A DNA stretch of 63,991 bases, filler included, from Collodictyon triciliatum (GCA_043381765.1; 16 parts of 16 records of this genome joined end to end with filler, not necessarily neighbours in it), one strand, 5' to 3'; shown: positions 24,412 through 38,181, counted from the whole stretch's first letter. The notes: a model not told the origin generated them from the sequence alone. Program-made: numbers and translations.

Positions 24412-26264
24412 AGGTGCGCATTTATGACGAGAATACAAAGACTCTGGATGCTATTCTCACTGGAGGGTGACATTCAACATCTATTGAACACCATTTAAAA
24501 TAGAATGGATGGTTTACTAAAGGAACCCGTTGACAAAACCAATCATTCTTGATATCTTACGATTTAAAATCATATCACAGATTTGATGAAACAATCGCAG
24601 GACATTCAAATCGGGTCTATACGTTAAAGTACCACCCTCTTGATAATAATCTAGTTCTCACTGCCGGTTGGGATAATACAATCCAGGTACGATCTCTAAC
24701 ATGATGATATTCGCAATTTCCAAGCCTTTCATTTTTTGAAATTCTTGAAACCATTTTTAATCTGCATCGCACTCAAGTTTTGGGACAGCCGAATAAAGCA
24801 TTCCATTCGATCTATTTACGGTCCTCATGTATGCGGAGAATCCATAGATATTGACTTGAACGAAATTCTTGTCGGCTCTTGGAGGACGTCAGAGTGTCTT
24901 CAAGTAATATTTCACTTGTAGTAGCACGTCATTACTTTTCCGTTGTATTTTTTTTTTTAAGATGCAGGTCTCTTTCCGTCGCCTTGACTTCATTTGTCAT
25001 AATTTAGTTTTCATTTTCATTCTTTCGAAAATTTCTTGCTCTTTTTTTTCTTTTCTGACCGCATCCTGTTTGTCTATACCCTTGTTTTATATTTCTCGTA
25101 TTTTTATCTTGTATTTTTATTTTTGTTTTGTTCTGTTTTCGTTTTTATCATCGTTTCATATTCTAGATATACGACTTTACCACTGGAAAGCTCATGAGAG
25201 AGATTGAATGGAAGCAACAACCGACGGACGGTACAACGTTAATATATACGTCAAAATTCAGGTTGAAGTTTTTCTTAAAAAAAACATTTGCTATCAATTT
25301 TACTTTAGTTATATGGATGCATTTTATGGTGCTATTTTTGGCTCAAATTATGTTTCGAATATCGAATTATGTTTATATGATTAAAAAAAAATAATAGTAT
25401 TTTGTATATTATATCACCTCAAAATGAGAAGATTTGGATTTTATGAGCGCATTTTTTTTCTGGTTTTTCTTTGGTTCTTTTTGGTTCTTTTTGGTTCTTT
25501 TTGGTTCTTTTTGGTTCTTTTTGGTTCTTTTTGGTTCTTTTTGGTTCTTTTTGGTTCTTTTTGGTTCTTTTTTTAAAAAAAAACCCCAAATCTTCATCAT
25601 CAAATAGCCCAAGAAATGCAGATATGATTGTTGCTGGCGGGTCTGGCTCCAACGAAGCCAAGCTGTTTGACCGGAAGAGTGGAGTGGTCAGTTTAAGTTT
25701 CCTTTCACACATATTTACAATACAATAATTAAAATAGAGTGCAAGTGAGAGAACAAGAGTGAAATCCCTGTGGTAAAAAAAAAAAAAGTTCAGACTGTGA
25801 TGAATGTGTATTGGCTACTTCACCAACCAAAAAAGAAAGTTAGAAAAGAAACATATTTTTTTAAAATTCATAGGTGATTGGGCGAACTCCGATTTTACCT
25901 GGAAGTATATATAGTATCGACTTTGACCCTGAAGGAAAGCGTATCGTTGTTGCAGGTTCTGTTTCCGCCAGTCTTTTTTCTTATTTTTTCTTATCTTTTT
26001 GTTTTTTGTTGTTTTTTTCTATTTCGACTTTTTTTCTTTTTTTCTTTTTTTCTTTTCTTTTTCTTTTCTTTTTCTTTTCTTTTTCTTTTCTTTTCTTTTT
26101 CTTTTCTTTTTCTTTTCTTTTTCTTTTCTTTTTCTTTTCTTTTCTTTTTCTTTTCTTTTTTTTCATTCACAGTTTCATTTCGAATTTTGTTGTTTCTGAT
26201 GTTCAGGAGCGTTGAATTCCTTGCATATGTACGACATCAACACGCCACCAACTGCACTGCATGA
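24412..26264 (+). CDS. WD40-repeat protein, 3' portion
   Basis: AGHSNRVYTLKYHP...LTAGWDNTIQ-FWDSR...SIRSIYGPHVCGESIDI, IVAGGSGSNEAKLFD and GSIYSIDFDPEGKRIVVAG. Confidence 0.85.
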
Positions 26265-26329
26265 GGCTAAACCCAATGAATTGGATGAAAACTTTTCATC
26301 AAAAGATACGCAATAACTCAATCGAGCAC

Positions 26330-26394
<65 letters not shown>

Positions 26395-26891
26395 AAGCTG
26401 AGCTTCCGTTCATGATTACCCTGTTAGTAAATTGGCTCTGGGTTAGTGCTTGTCTGTCAGTTTCATCTATCGGATGGAGAAAAGAAGGATTATGCCATTA
26501 AGGTTCTTTGGCACAAGCACACTCATTCTTCATGGCCCAAACGAATGACCTCTAGAGTGCCCTTACTATTTGTGAGTAAAGAAACAGAAATATGCATGGT
26601 AAGATATGCGTATATAAAAAATAAAAAAAAAATAAAAAGAGAACAAAAGTCGATTGCTCTTTTGCATCGTTGAGGTTTGTCGAGATGAGTTCGATGTTTT
26701 TCAAAGCTTCTCGAAGAGAACAAAGATTTTCTCGACATGTATTCTCGATAATATCAAATCTTTTTTGCACATGTGGCGGGTAGTGATATTTACTCTCGCG
26801 GTTTTCTTTGGGCTTTGAGGAAGGATGCACGCAGCAACTAAAGAAAATGACAAGCGGATGAAACATGCGAATCGAGCGACTGTGTGTTCCA

Positions 26892-27980
26892 TCACATCCA
26901 GTCCAGTGTTTCGGTCACATCAGAGCTCGGGATTGCAAAAAGGGCACGACGGAATCGTGAGTTGTCTGCGAGTTTCTTTCCAATGGTTATTCCCCGTTTG
27001 ATAAGCAGACTCGGCTCAGGAGGTGTGGGAATGGACATGGCCACCTGCGAAAATCCATGAATGAAGGATTCAATCATGATGAATATCTCATACTGACGTA
27101 TTTCAGAGATGGCATTTGGCATAAGGAGGACAAATAATAATAATAATAAAAATAATAAAAATGTGAATGTGCGATATTAAAATGAATGGAATACGAGAAG
27201 TGACCTTGGTAAAAATCGCGTTGAACGCGTCATCGACACGCATTCCAGTGACAGCGCTATTATGGGTTTACATCTCGAGTTTAGTATGGACTCTCTAGTT
27301 GTCGCTGCACACGAACATGGAATAAAATTTAGGTAAATGTCGGATGTATATTGTTCTATTCTGATCAGATGAAGGTGATCGGATTCATAAACTTTGGGAT
27401 GTATGATATGTTACAAAGTTAGTTTTCTTTACATGAAGATGTACTGGCTTTGTCGTTGAATATATGTGCCAATAAAAATATCCCTAAACCTCGTTTCGAA
27501 GTACTCCATGTTGTGTTTCTGGGCGAACGATAGTGCCTTCTCCTGGGCCACCTCGCGAGGTCGCTTCCTGTCCTCTGAGTCAACCATATTTCCAATCATA
27601 ATCTATGCCCGGTAAATTCAACAGGTGGATATTATATTTGCTTCTATAGCGTTAACTACATTTTATATTTGCTTTCTCTTTGATTGGCTTTTATCGTTTT
27701 TCGTTTTTCGATTTTCGATTTTCATTTTCGTTTCTTGCAAAAAAAATTATGCTATACATTGATTTTTTGCTACTTTGAGTCGAATAACGGGAAAATATTT
27801 GATTTCTTGCTTTTCTATCAGATAAATACAAAGAATTCTTACAGTTCATATATTTCCTACTTATTGATGGTACGTTATTTGATATGAAATAATTACCTTC
27901 AAGACGGTCTCACCACTTTGTTGCAGACGCAGGATCCAGTCTTCAACATGTTCGAATGAAGCCTGTGAGTGGACTATACA
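26892..27980 (-). CDS. Rab-like small GTPase, C-terminal half (5' truncated)
   Basis: Exons SQASFEHVEDWILRL, IMIGNMVD...REVAQEKALSFAQKHNMEYFETS, AVTGMRVDDAFNAIFTK and VAMSIP...TETLDWM*. Confidence 0.8.
27772..27798 (-). repeat. Micro-element copy 4 (inverted, diverged), with a 13-bp flanking duplication
   Basis: TTGATTTTTTGCT (27759-27771), then ACTTTGAGTCGAATAACGGGAAAATAT, then TTGATTTCTTGCT (27799-27811). It lies in a Rab intron. Confidence 0.72.
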
Positions 27981-28350
27981 TTTTCGTTGTTGAGAAAAAA
28001 TAGTTTGAAGGTGATGAAGGATACCAGGTAGCTTGTATGAAAAATTGAGACTATGCGAGGCACATACTATCGATAAAAGAATCATCAATATTCGAATATT
28101 CTTAGTTTTCAGTAAACGAAATGGAGATGAATTCCTCAGCTAATATATATGCAAACATACAAACATACATACATACATACATACATACATACATACATAC
28201 ATACATACATACATACATACATACATACATACATACATACATACATACATNNNNNNNNNNNNNNNNNNNNNNNNNNNNNNNNNNNNNNNNNNNNTTAATT
28301 AATTAANNNNNNNNNNNNNNNNNNNNNNNNNNNNNNNNNNNNNNNNNNNN

Positions 28351-28440
<90 letters not shown>

Positions 28441-28560
28441 CACAAGAGATTAAAGAAAGAAAAAAAAAAAGGACAAAAGCAATCACAAAGTGCTAACGCA
28501 AGAGAAAGCAGCATAGAGCGCAGGGAAAGACAGAGCCCGAAAGGTAAGGACAGAGAAACT

Positions 28561-31500
28561 ATGGCCGATTCGTTCACACTCACAGGCGTCTCTCTCGTTG
28601 GACGGAAGGAGGTTCGCCCAAACTCTTTCCAACCCGCAGCCGCCGCCCGGCAAATCACATACCCATCTGCAACTTCCGCCTTGACGGCGAAAACTCAGAC
28701 CGCCACAAACTCCTCTGCAGGGCCAACTCAAAGTATCCAAAGATGCCTTCGCGTGGAAATCCCAGCGGTCTGAGGCCTCCGCTTCCATAGCCATGGACGA
28801 TGTCGACTCTGTACGTTCCTGCTGCCTCCTGCTGGGCTCTCGGCTGGCCATCTGGCGAGCATATTCCGCTTATCTTAGCCGCTTTCTGTTTACACTAGAT
28901 CTCATGGTACCCTCACAAGAAACTCTGCCATCTCATTGTGCACGCAAAGACAAAGCCGTCGATGCACATGAAGGGCATTCCGGAGAAGGTAGCGGCGCAA
29001 ATACAACTCTTTTGTTTTCCTTCCATGTTGATCCTCTGTTTGATCTTCTCAAACTGCGCACTCGCATCCGCTTCGATGCCGCTGCCTTTGCCTTCTTGTG
29101 TGCAGTCAACTCGTGCCTTGATCTAGTTTATCCCATAATCTCAGAAAACAAAACCTCAATACAGGACGTCGCCAGAATCTGCTCGCTGGTCAAAACAACA
29201 TCCTATGGCGGTGACATCCAATTGTTTGAAGAGAAGTTCTCGACCAAAGGCTGGAATTGGGGTTCAGTGAAGCTCAGAGGTATGGATATATATCAGTGAT
29301 GTTTGTAGACAGGAAAGGGGTGTTTGTTTGTTTGTTTGTTTGTTTGTTTGTTTGTTTGTTTGTTTGTTTGTTTGTTTGTTTGTTTGTTTGTTTTTTCTTG
29401 TTGTGGATGAAGTAATGACAATACATAAATGGACCAACTCGTCGAAGCCGGCCATTATTCAACATCATTTTTCGTGCATCTTCCAATATTTTTATTCTTC
29501 CGTGTGCCTAGGAACTTCGCTTGTGTATCGCATCGCAGATCAGCTCTCGTTTAACCTGCAGCTGAGAGATATTAGCAGTTCCAAAGTGGAAGGTCGAGAT
29601 ATATCCATCTCGATGCTGGGAGATGAGACTGCTTTGAATGAAAGTGTAAGCCTATGGATAATATCTTGTGTCTTTCATTTTCATCCGTGCTATAACAACA
29701 CAATCACGAATACAGATACAAATAATCTCCTTTCTTGATAGCCATGCGTCCTTGATTTGGTTCGCATCCATGTACCTCTAACCTACAATGATGGCGTGTT
29801 TAGTGGCGAAACTGGCATCGAGGTACGCACTTTTTTATACGTAAGAAGGCTGGTTGCCTTTGACACTTTTTTTAAAATTACTTTTACTCAATATCAGGAA
29901 CTCAATGCCCAAATTGAAGCACGAGCTGATTCCGAAAACCAAACAGGCAAAGTGATCGCAAAATTCAACAAGATATCTTTTGTCACCCCCAGGTAAAACA
30001 CACGTGAGATGGAAACATATCGCATGCTCTAGAGAATGGATATCATTTTCCTTTCTTTTTCTTTACAATACTCGCTTCAAGAAATATTTGATGCACTTAG
30101 GTGTGATAATAATTAAACTAACAAGTTTTTATATTTATGTGCGCGATTCTAGAGCCCGCAATTCTATTGAGCTTTGTGAAGCGTACTTTAGGCTGATTGG
30201 ATCATCAACAAAATTTACCATTCCCTACAATACGATCACACGTTCATACCTATTGCCAAAAGCGAATGAAAATGCGCACTACTTTGTCGTAAGATTCCAA
30301 TTTTTATACGTGCCATTTTGTTCAAGACTTGTCAAAGGTTGCTTTTGAAAGAGAAGGATTGTGCATGACGCCCGTCAAGTGGATTATGTATTTCTTGTGG
30401 ATAAAAAAAATACAGAGAAACACAACTAAAAGCTATCATGGTCCATTAAATAATATAATCGGTCATTATGTGTGAAAGTTAGAGCACACGCTTAGCTTCT
30501 TTATATCTTTCTTCTTTTCTTTCAAATTCTTCTCCCTTTCCTTCCTACAATAGATAAGTCTCTATCCACCAATATACCAAGGACAAACTGCATATGACCA
30601 CATTGTGATGAACCTCGAAAACGATTTTGATGACTCTGGTTCAGAAAACGATAATGATGATGGTTCCAACGAGTCATCTGGAAAGAAGAATACTCTCAAT
30701 ATTAATCTGACAGAGTGAGTTTGCTTTCCATTTATGTGATTACATACGTTAGATATCATGTAATACGTTATATCGACATAATCATAAATTCCTTTTTTTT
30801 TCTTCGTACAAAGAGTAGTGTCAATATATATATATATATTAGTGTCTTTTCATTTTTCTTGAATGAAGTATAGCAGTTATTGGTAAAAAAAAAAAAAATA
30901 CAACAATTAGAGACAAGATACAGGAAAAGTTTGGTGCAGACTGCGGACTTCGCCCGACAAACACTGGGCCTCAGTACAAATTAGTCGCTCAGGTTTTATT
31001 ACACTGCTTTTTTTATTTACAACCCCGGTTCAGGCTTTGACAAAACAAATTAGTAAAGACATTATGTTGTCCTTTTCGTAGAATCAGCTTTATTATTTTA
31101 TCCATCATCGAATCTCTATTTCCCTTAATATTCATATGCTACGACTCAACCCCTGCCTATTGGACATGATAAGAAATTTTCAAGATACGGAAAAGATGAG
31201 AAAAAGAAGACTTTTTTCCTTTATTCGATTCAAAAAAGACTTTTTTTTAAAATTCACAATATGGTTAGGCTTTTCGTGTCATCGCGAAAAAGAAAGTTGT
31301 TATTCCTGGAACCTTTAAAAAGTATGCACGCATACAAAATGCACCAATTTATTATAAACGATACACCGAGGCACACCATGGCTACATCTTTTGCTTTTTT
31401 TTCAAAAAAATCCTAATTAAGCTGATTTGAATTCCATGAAAATATATAGCAACGAAGGTCAGTCTGGCATTAAATGCTCTCATAAAGTCAACGAAGGCTT

Positions 31501-32160
31501 TCTCTACATCCTGGAGAGAGGGTTGTTCTTTTTGCACAAACCAGCCACCTATGTAGCATATCAAGATATTGAAGTAAGTCTCACAGATCGAAAATATTGA
31601 ATAGCACTTCTGTAATCCTCCCTTCTTTTTTTTCTCGGACTATCATATGAAGAATTCAGGTTATATGTTTGTTTGTAGATCGCTTGGAGTTAGCAATACA
31701 TGTACAAATTGTGTAGATGACTATTCCTTGATTATAGGAAATCTCATTTGGTCGATATGAGAAAGGAATAAGCGCAAGATATTTTGAGATGACAGCAAAG
31801 AAGAAGAGCGGGTCTGTGACATTCACCCAAATCCTGAGGTAATTCCCCAAATTTGAAAGTAATTATGGCAGAATGCTTTTAAGCACAAATATTCTTCATT
31901 TTTTACTTCTCCCTTTTTCTTTTTTTTTTTATGTCGCCATCCCATGTACGCTAGTAATTAATTCTTGAGTGAAAAGTTCTCGTGTCCAGGATTTCTTGAA
32001 GCCTCCAAACCTTATTAATTATCTTACCTGCGGACATACACAGAGCCGATTTTTTTCCTCTGCGTGATTTCCTTCTGTCAAAGAAAATTGCCATCAAGAA
32101 CCTGGCCGTCGTCAATGTGAGATGCACAAAAATCTTTGGAAAAAATGCTATTCGCGCATG
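28561..32160 (+). CDS. SSRP1: FACT complex subunit SSRP1/Pob3 (divergent; 3' truncated)
   Basis: STKGWNWG, FVTPR...FRLIG...FTIPYNTITRSYLLPK, SLYPPIYQGQTAYDHIVM, KKVVIPGTF and IKCSHKVNEGFLYILERGLFFLHKP. Confidence 0.9.
31212..31234 (+). repeat. Micro-element copy 5, in an SSRP1 intron
   Basis: AAGAC, then TTTTTTCCTTTATTCGATTCAAA, then AAGAC-TTTTTT (short flanking duplication). Confidence 0.8.
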
Positions 32161-34360
32161 CTTATCAGACAATATCATTCTTTTTTCTTTTCTTATCTTT
32201 TATCTTTTATCTTTTATCTTTTATCTTTTATCTTTTATCTTTTATCTTTTATCTTTTATCTTTTATCTTTTATCTTTTATCTTTTATCTTTTNNNNNNNN
32301 NNNNNNNNNNNNNNNNNNNNNNNNNNNNNNNNNNNNTTAATTAATTAANNNNNNNNNNNNNNNNNNNNNNNNNNNNNNNNNNNNNNNNNNNNGTACTTTC
32401 AACCAAGGCGCAACAACTAGGGCGGGCTGTAGAATCATAATAAAACCCTTTCTTTAACTAAATATAAAAGGAAAAAAATCAATGAGCCACATTGACCTTA
32501 GCGACAGTGTGAGACCAGTAACTTACAAAAAAAGAGATTTCTAGCAGTGGTCTAATAAGTTATTATTTTTACAGAATATCCAATAATATCATATATTCCT
32601 TTTGAAAAGTAAAAAATGGAATACTATAGCATAAACCTTTGCTTTGTGTTGGGTTTTGTAAGCCATTATAATGAGTCAATAAAGATACTCGAAAGGTGGT
32701 GCGCGTCACTTAAGCCCGCATCAAATATCACCCTTTTCAAAAAAAAATATTCAAATAAAACGGTATTCATCTTTGGCGATGTGTTTGATAGCGATATGTG
32801 CCTGCAGTGCTTTCAAGAGCAACAATCAGCAGTGAAATGTATCAAAGTGCTTTGATTTACTGGTTTTTTTAGATCACGGACTGCATTCTTTCCATCAGAT
32901 ATCTGAATGGATAAGGTCGATACGTGGGCCATTTGATGCGCACAATGTGCTTTTCTCTTCAATTAATACAATGCGATGTTCTGGTGCTTTTGTTTTTGTT
33001 ATGTATATGATGATGTTAATGTGAATATGTATGTACCTTCCATAGGTACGCATTTTATTATGTGCAGTTGCAATATTTCCCTTTGTTCAAAGGCCGTTAT
33101 AAAAAAAGTATCAACCAAGAGTTGATAATGTGATGGAAGAGATGGATTGGGTTGCAGTATTAGAAAACAATATTATTTCAAGCTATATTTACTTTGAAGA
33201 CAATCACTAACCCGCTTATTCAGATATACAAGACACTGACCTCATTTTTTCCACATTTGCTCCATCCATCACTTTCCTATAATTTTTTTATCTATATATA
33301 TCTCTGCAAGCAAATTTATTATAAGGAAACATTTACTCATGTCTTTGTACTTATAAAATGTAAAATATTATCAATTCCATAACAAGAAAAATAGCTCACC
33401 TGTGTATATAGCAGATCACTCAACCAGCACATTTCCACCAACGAAAGCACACAGACAGTCAAGAACAAAAGCCAAAGACCAACACAACACAACTGATCTA
33501 TTGAATCCCTTTTGCTTGGGCACTCATTATTTTTAAAAAAACACTAAAAAAGCCTTCGATCAACATAAGGTCAAGCAAACTGAATAACCCAACATGAAAA
33601 CATTCCTTTATCTTTTTTTACAAGAATCGAAGGTTTACACAAAGTCTTTTACCTATGTCAGAAAGTCAGAAGACTTTATCGAGAATGGGGCAGTCTATCA
33701 AAAGCTGGCAAAATAAAAATAAAATGAAAGAAACAAGAACGGGCCAAAGATGAGTCCCTTCAGCAAAACTTCATGTGATTGGCTCTAGTCTTGCCCAGCA
33801 TAATCCCTGGGTTATGTTGCGCACGAACCAACCAAAACTCAAAACTCAAAACACATGAAAACTTATTTACATATCCAAATAACTATAAATTCAAGTATTC
33901 CTCCTTCCTGCAAAGGTTTTAGGGCCCTCATCATTACGACAATTTGCGAGCCAAGTCAAGAACTGGCATCTTCCGGATTTCCGAGCCTTTCTGTTGCAAA
34001 GTATTGTTGGCCATGCATACACACTATATGAAATACCCTTGATTCTATTTTTATTTTTTTTATCGAAGCTTTAGCTGACTATTCATTTTGCTGTTACTAT
34101 GAATTTAAAGTGAATTCTATTCCAATCTCATGCGGTCTGTGATGCTTTCTAGGAGCTTCAGGGCGATTGAATCTCTGGTTGCTCTGCCCACAGTAAGTCA
34201 CTTCGATGGAGATCCTTCAAACGTAGACTTTAAGAACGTCTCTTAGATATTGGATTTGCTTTCAGGTTGTTTTTTGATCTGTTTGATTTTCTCTTCTCAA
34301 CTCGGCCTTTTTCATGGGATTCGCCTATTGGAAAAAAAATAAATCCCTCGTTTATACAGA

Positions 34361-34382
34361 TTTTCCTTTATTCGATACAAGT
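34361..34382 (+). repeat. Micro-element copy 6
   Basis: TTTTCCTTTATTCGATACAAGT, in a gene-poor contig. Confidence 0.72.
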
Positions 34383-36437
34383 GAATGAAGGGGTTTAAAA
34401 AATTTTACAGGACGCCATAGTTGTTGCATCTTGGTTGAAAGCAGTGACACGTGTCGGTTAAGGGGTTCAGGCCAGTAGCGTATGGAATCTGGATTTGTGG
34501 CGCATCAATATGCAATTGATAGGGTCGAGAATAGTTGCAACCTTTAAGAGGTGCGACTGCCAAGGACTCTGACTTCAATTTGATCGGAGGCGAAATCCCC
34601 TGGGGCGAAAGCGCCCGCGACTACCCCGCTCTCCTTTACTATCAGATTCCTTAAATTAGTTCATTCTATTCGACTCCAAATCCAATATCCTTGACTTATG
34701 TATATCTAGTATGTAACAGAGAACATATAAAAGCCGGCAAACCAGCATAACTTCCCCAGCATAGGCATTAGCGGAACCGGCAAGAATATTGTGAAATAAT
34801 TTTGCAGACTCTGGAGAAATATACTATAATTTATTTTTTTATTAGCAACTACAGTATTACTAATAATCTTGGAAACATAAATAATGCATTATCCATTCTT
34901 ATAGTCTGAAGACCGTCGTCCGTTCAACTTGACTCTTTGAATCTCATAGTCATACTTTAATCAACCAGATTCAGGTATGACACATGTTTGGGAAAATCAC
35001 TACATATATTTTTATGATTCCAAATAAACGCTAGATTCTGATACTTTGCTATCCTAGTTAATTTTTACGTATACTTTTCACAAGGCATATATGATATTGA
35101 ATGATGTATGAATTAAAAATAGCCAAATTGGAAAAATCAATTTCAACGATATTAAAAGGGGGTTTCATTGAAACGAAATATATATATATACAGTCAATAC
35201 AAAATTTTTGACTATTTTTTATTCTTCCATTCCATTTTGTGCAAGACGGTGGAAATGTTGGCTTTGGTTCGCTAGCCATCGTTTGCACTAGCGCTACTTG
35301 GTGGTCGGGTGGCGAGAAGTAGTCGGTAATCAGGAATTGCATCCTATGGTTTCGCTTGTAGTCTGGGTCTTGTGCTTGCATGAGAGATACAAGGACAAAA
35401 TTTTCAACTATTTAAATATTTTGATTATTTCTCAAGATGAACTCAAAAAACCATTTATAATAGCACTTCACGAACTTTCAGAAAGGGGTCATCTGTCATT
35501 CCATTTCATCGTACAAGGAACTCTGGAGCTCTCATTTTTTGGTGATAAATAAGTTACACAGTAATTTGACCAAGCCGATTCATAGTATCGAAAGGAAATT
35601 TATTTATCTCAAGGTTTCAAGTACCATTAATCTAATTCTTATAATAATAATAAAAAAAACTCATAATTAAAACTTTGAGGGTATTACAAACAATTGTGCA
35701 ATCTTTGGGCCAGATTGACCAAAATTCTGATACTAAAAAAGCATGATTCTTGTCTAATTTTCCCTTCTAATTCTCATCATAATTGAAAAGTACGAAAAAA
35801 TTTTAAATTTATACGACAGAAAATTCGTCACATGTTTGATATTCAACGGTAGAAAAACCAAATACGCACATTTTAAGTACATATATGTATAGCCTAATTT
35901 TTAGCAGATTATCAATCAAAATTCATTCTTAATTTAGGTCTCGTTTTGATAAATGGTTCAATCTGACAACTTCATGGACTAGCTGAAAAATCGCATTATT
36001 TTATTCAATCTACCATATTTAGTATTAATCATTCATCTTGAATCGGAAAATGTTCAAACTAAAGTCATGGGCAAAACTCAGATACAGTTGCAATTGGAAG
36101 GGACAATAGACAAAATCCATAGGAAAGGGAACTGTTTCGATCTACTACTTGGAGGAGGGGGAGGGCTGGTGGATCGGCGGCTCCTAGTTTTCCCGATGGT
36201 CTGAAGTAAAGGTCTAAGAACGTACGATGGGGGTGTTGGGTTGTGTTGTGTGTGGAAGTAAGTATGTCTTTGTCCAGTCATTCATGACCAAAAAATAAAT
36301 AAAATAATAATATTCGTTGTAAATTTTTGTAATCAAANNNNNNNNNNNNNNNNNNNNNNNNNNNNNNNNNNNNNNNNNNNNTTAATTAATTAANNNNNNN
36401 NNNNNNNNNNNNNNNNNNNNNNNNNNNNNNNNNNNNN

Positions 36438-37045
36438 GAGTACCGTGAACCAACACTCAGCGGTATTTTTGCGATAATGCCATTGCCGCCGATGTTGCTG
36501 GCAAAACTTGACGACTGAATATTGGGGCTGACTAAATACACGTAATCAAACGGACGGACATTGACCATATTCTGCAGCTCAACGAAACTAGTGTTGAACG
36601 TAAGATTGGCTGTTAGTCCTATTAGCTCTCTACATGTACTAGAATTCACAAACAGTTCATATGAAACATTTGGACCTGCTGCTTTGATTGCTATCTTTTG
36701 CTTGCCACTTAAAAATGAAACAGTAACTTCTGCTGCGGCTCCCTGGCCTGCGGTTGCCGCGTTTATCTTGGTTCGGATGTCGCTGACTATTTCATTGATT
36801 GTTTGCAAGCCAGTCTCTAGTGAAATATTGTAAGAAACAGGGCTGCCGCTGATACTACAAATAAAAACTAATGTATTATTGGCACTAGTAACATTGTGCA
36901 CGGCATAAGGTATCTGGATGCTTTCAAGTGCGACCCTGGCACTGCTTGCCACGTATCTGTTTTGAGTTGTTGCAAAATTAAAGTCTGATATACTGCCGCT
37001 TTCTCTGTTGGCTGAATCGACGTGAATGTAATAAGCTCTCTCCAT
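36438..37045 (-). CDS. Putative minor capsid (penton) protein, 3' truncated
   Basis: YIHVDSANRESGSISDF...VALESIQIPYAVHNVTSANNTLVF...LIGL...VNVRPFDYVYLVS...IIAKIPL is the pattern typical of PLV/polinton single jelly-roll pentons, and it is beta-rich. Confidence 0.75.
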
Positions 37046-37079
37046 ATTCTACCCTAGAAATTATTTTCTTGGGAATTGT

Positions 37080-37427
37080 ATGAGTGATTCTGAAAACGAA
37101 ATGAATACCATCGAAAAAAAAACGAAACCAAAACGAGTTGCATCGGAAAAACAGAAAGCGCATCTTGCAAAAATTCAGCCCAAGGCAACGGAGGCCAAGA
37201 AGAAGAACAAGGAGGTCATCCAAACAATAAAAACATACGAAAAAGCCAAGGCGCCAACCAACGAACTAAAATCACTGCGAGACGACGTTTCAAAAGTAGT
37301 ACGATACCTGTCACAAGTAGAAGAATACAAAATAAACAAGCGAGCTCAGAAAAAAGCTCAGGCCGAGACAATCGACAAAGAAACAGACAAAGAGTACTCA
37401 TATGACGCCAATAATTTATTTCGATAA
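37080..37427 (+). CDS. Small basic viral protein (KPKRxxSEKQxxxL type)
   Basis: 115-aa Lys-rich ORF (KPKRVASEKQKAHLAK) directly upstream of the ATPase. I recall similar ORFs next to PLV ATPases. Confidence 0.7.
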   Translation: MSDSENEMNTIEKKTKPKRVASEKQKAHLAKIQPKATEAKKKNKEVIQTIKTYEKAKAPTNELKSLRDDVSKVVRYLSQVEEYKINKRAQKKAQAETIDKETDKEYSYDANNLFR

Positions 37428-37433
37428 TATAGT

Positions 37434-38156
37434 ATGGAAGAAAAAAGAGTGAATGACTTTAAAGTCGAGCCCTTGACTGTTATCAAAAAAAGCAAGCGCC
37501 AGATTATGATTGAAGCATTGCCAGACCCTGCAGAAACTCGGCCGTACCTGATGTTAATTTCTGCAAAAACGGGCTCAGGTAAAAGTATCTTGATTGCCAA
37601 TTTGCTTAGAAAAAAAGAGCTGTATTACAAGTATTATGCAAAGTGTTATTTTTGTTCTAGTAATATGGTGGATGGTAAGATATCGGACGTGGCCTATAAC
37701 GGAATCAGATTTGCAAAGAATCGCAGCTTTGATAATTTTACTGATGAAATATTTGACACAATTCTTGAGGATATAACCAAGGACAAGGACTGGAAGGACG
37801 AGCAGTATCTGCTGGTGCTCGACGATTTGTCCACGGTGTTTGAACGGCCAACCAAACAGATGCTCAAAAACTTTCTTAAACACAGGCACTACAATTTGAG
37901 TATTATCATTGTGAGCCAGGCCATACGACTGATGAATCCGAAGCTAAGACAGAACGCTACTCATTTGATTTCGTTTTATACCAGTAACCAAAGGGAGCGC
38001 GAGGCCTTGAATGAGTTGACGAATTTGTCGCAGAGCAAGTTTGATGAACTCTTGGAATATTGCACGGACGAGAACTATTGCTTTATGTTTATAGATTTGC
38101 TGCAGCCGAGAAAGCCAAAGATATACAAGAACTTTAACTCTGAGATCGTTTACTGA
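37434..38156 (+). CDS. A32-like (FtsK-HerA) DNA packaging ATPase
   Basis: Walker A AKTGSGKS, Walker B LLVLDD, the A32 motif RHYNLSIIIVSQ, and LRQNATHLI...FMFIDL. Confidence 0.93.
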   Translation: MEEKRVNDFKVEPLTVIKKSKRQIMIEALPDPAETRPYLMLISAKTGSGKSILIANLLRKKELYYKYYAKCYFCSSNMVDGKISDVAYNGIRFAKNRSFDNFTDEIFDTILEDITKDKDWKDEQYLLVLDDLSTVFERPTKQMLKNFLKHRHYNLSIIIVSQAIRLMNPKLRQNATHLISFYTSNQREREALNELTNLSQSKFDELLEYCTDENYCFMFIDLLQPRKPKIYKNFNSEIVY

Positions 38157-38181
38157 CTCAAATAAATTTGTCTGAACTAAT

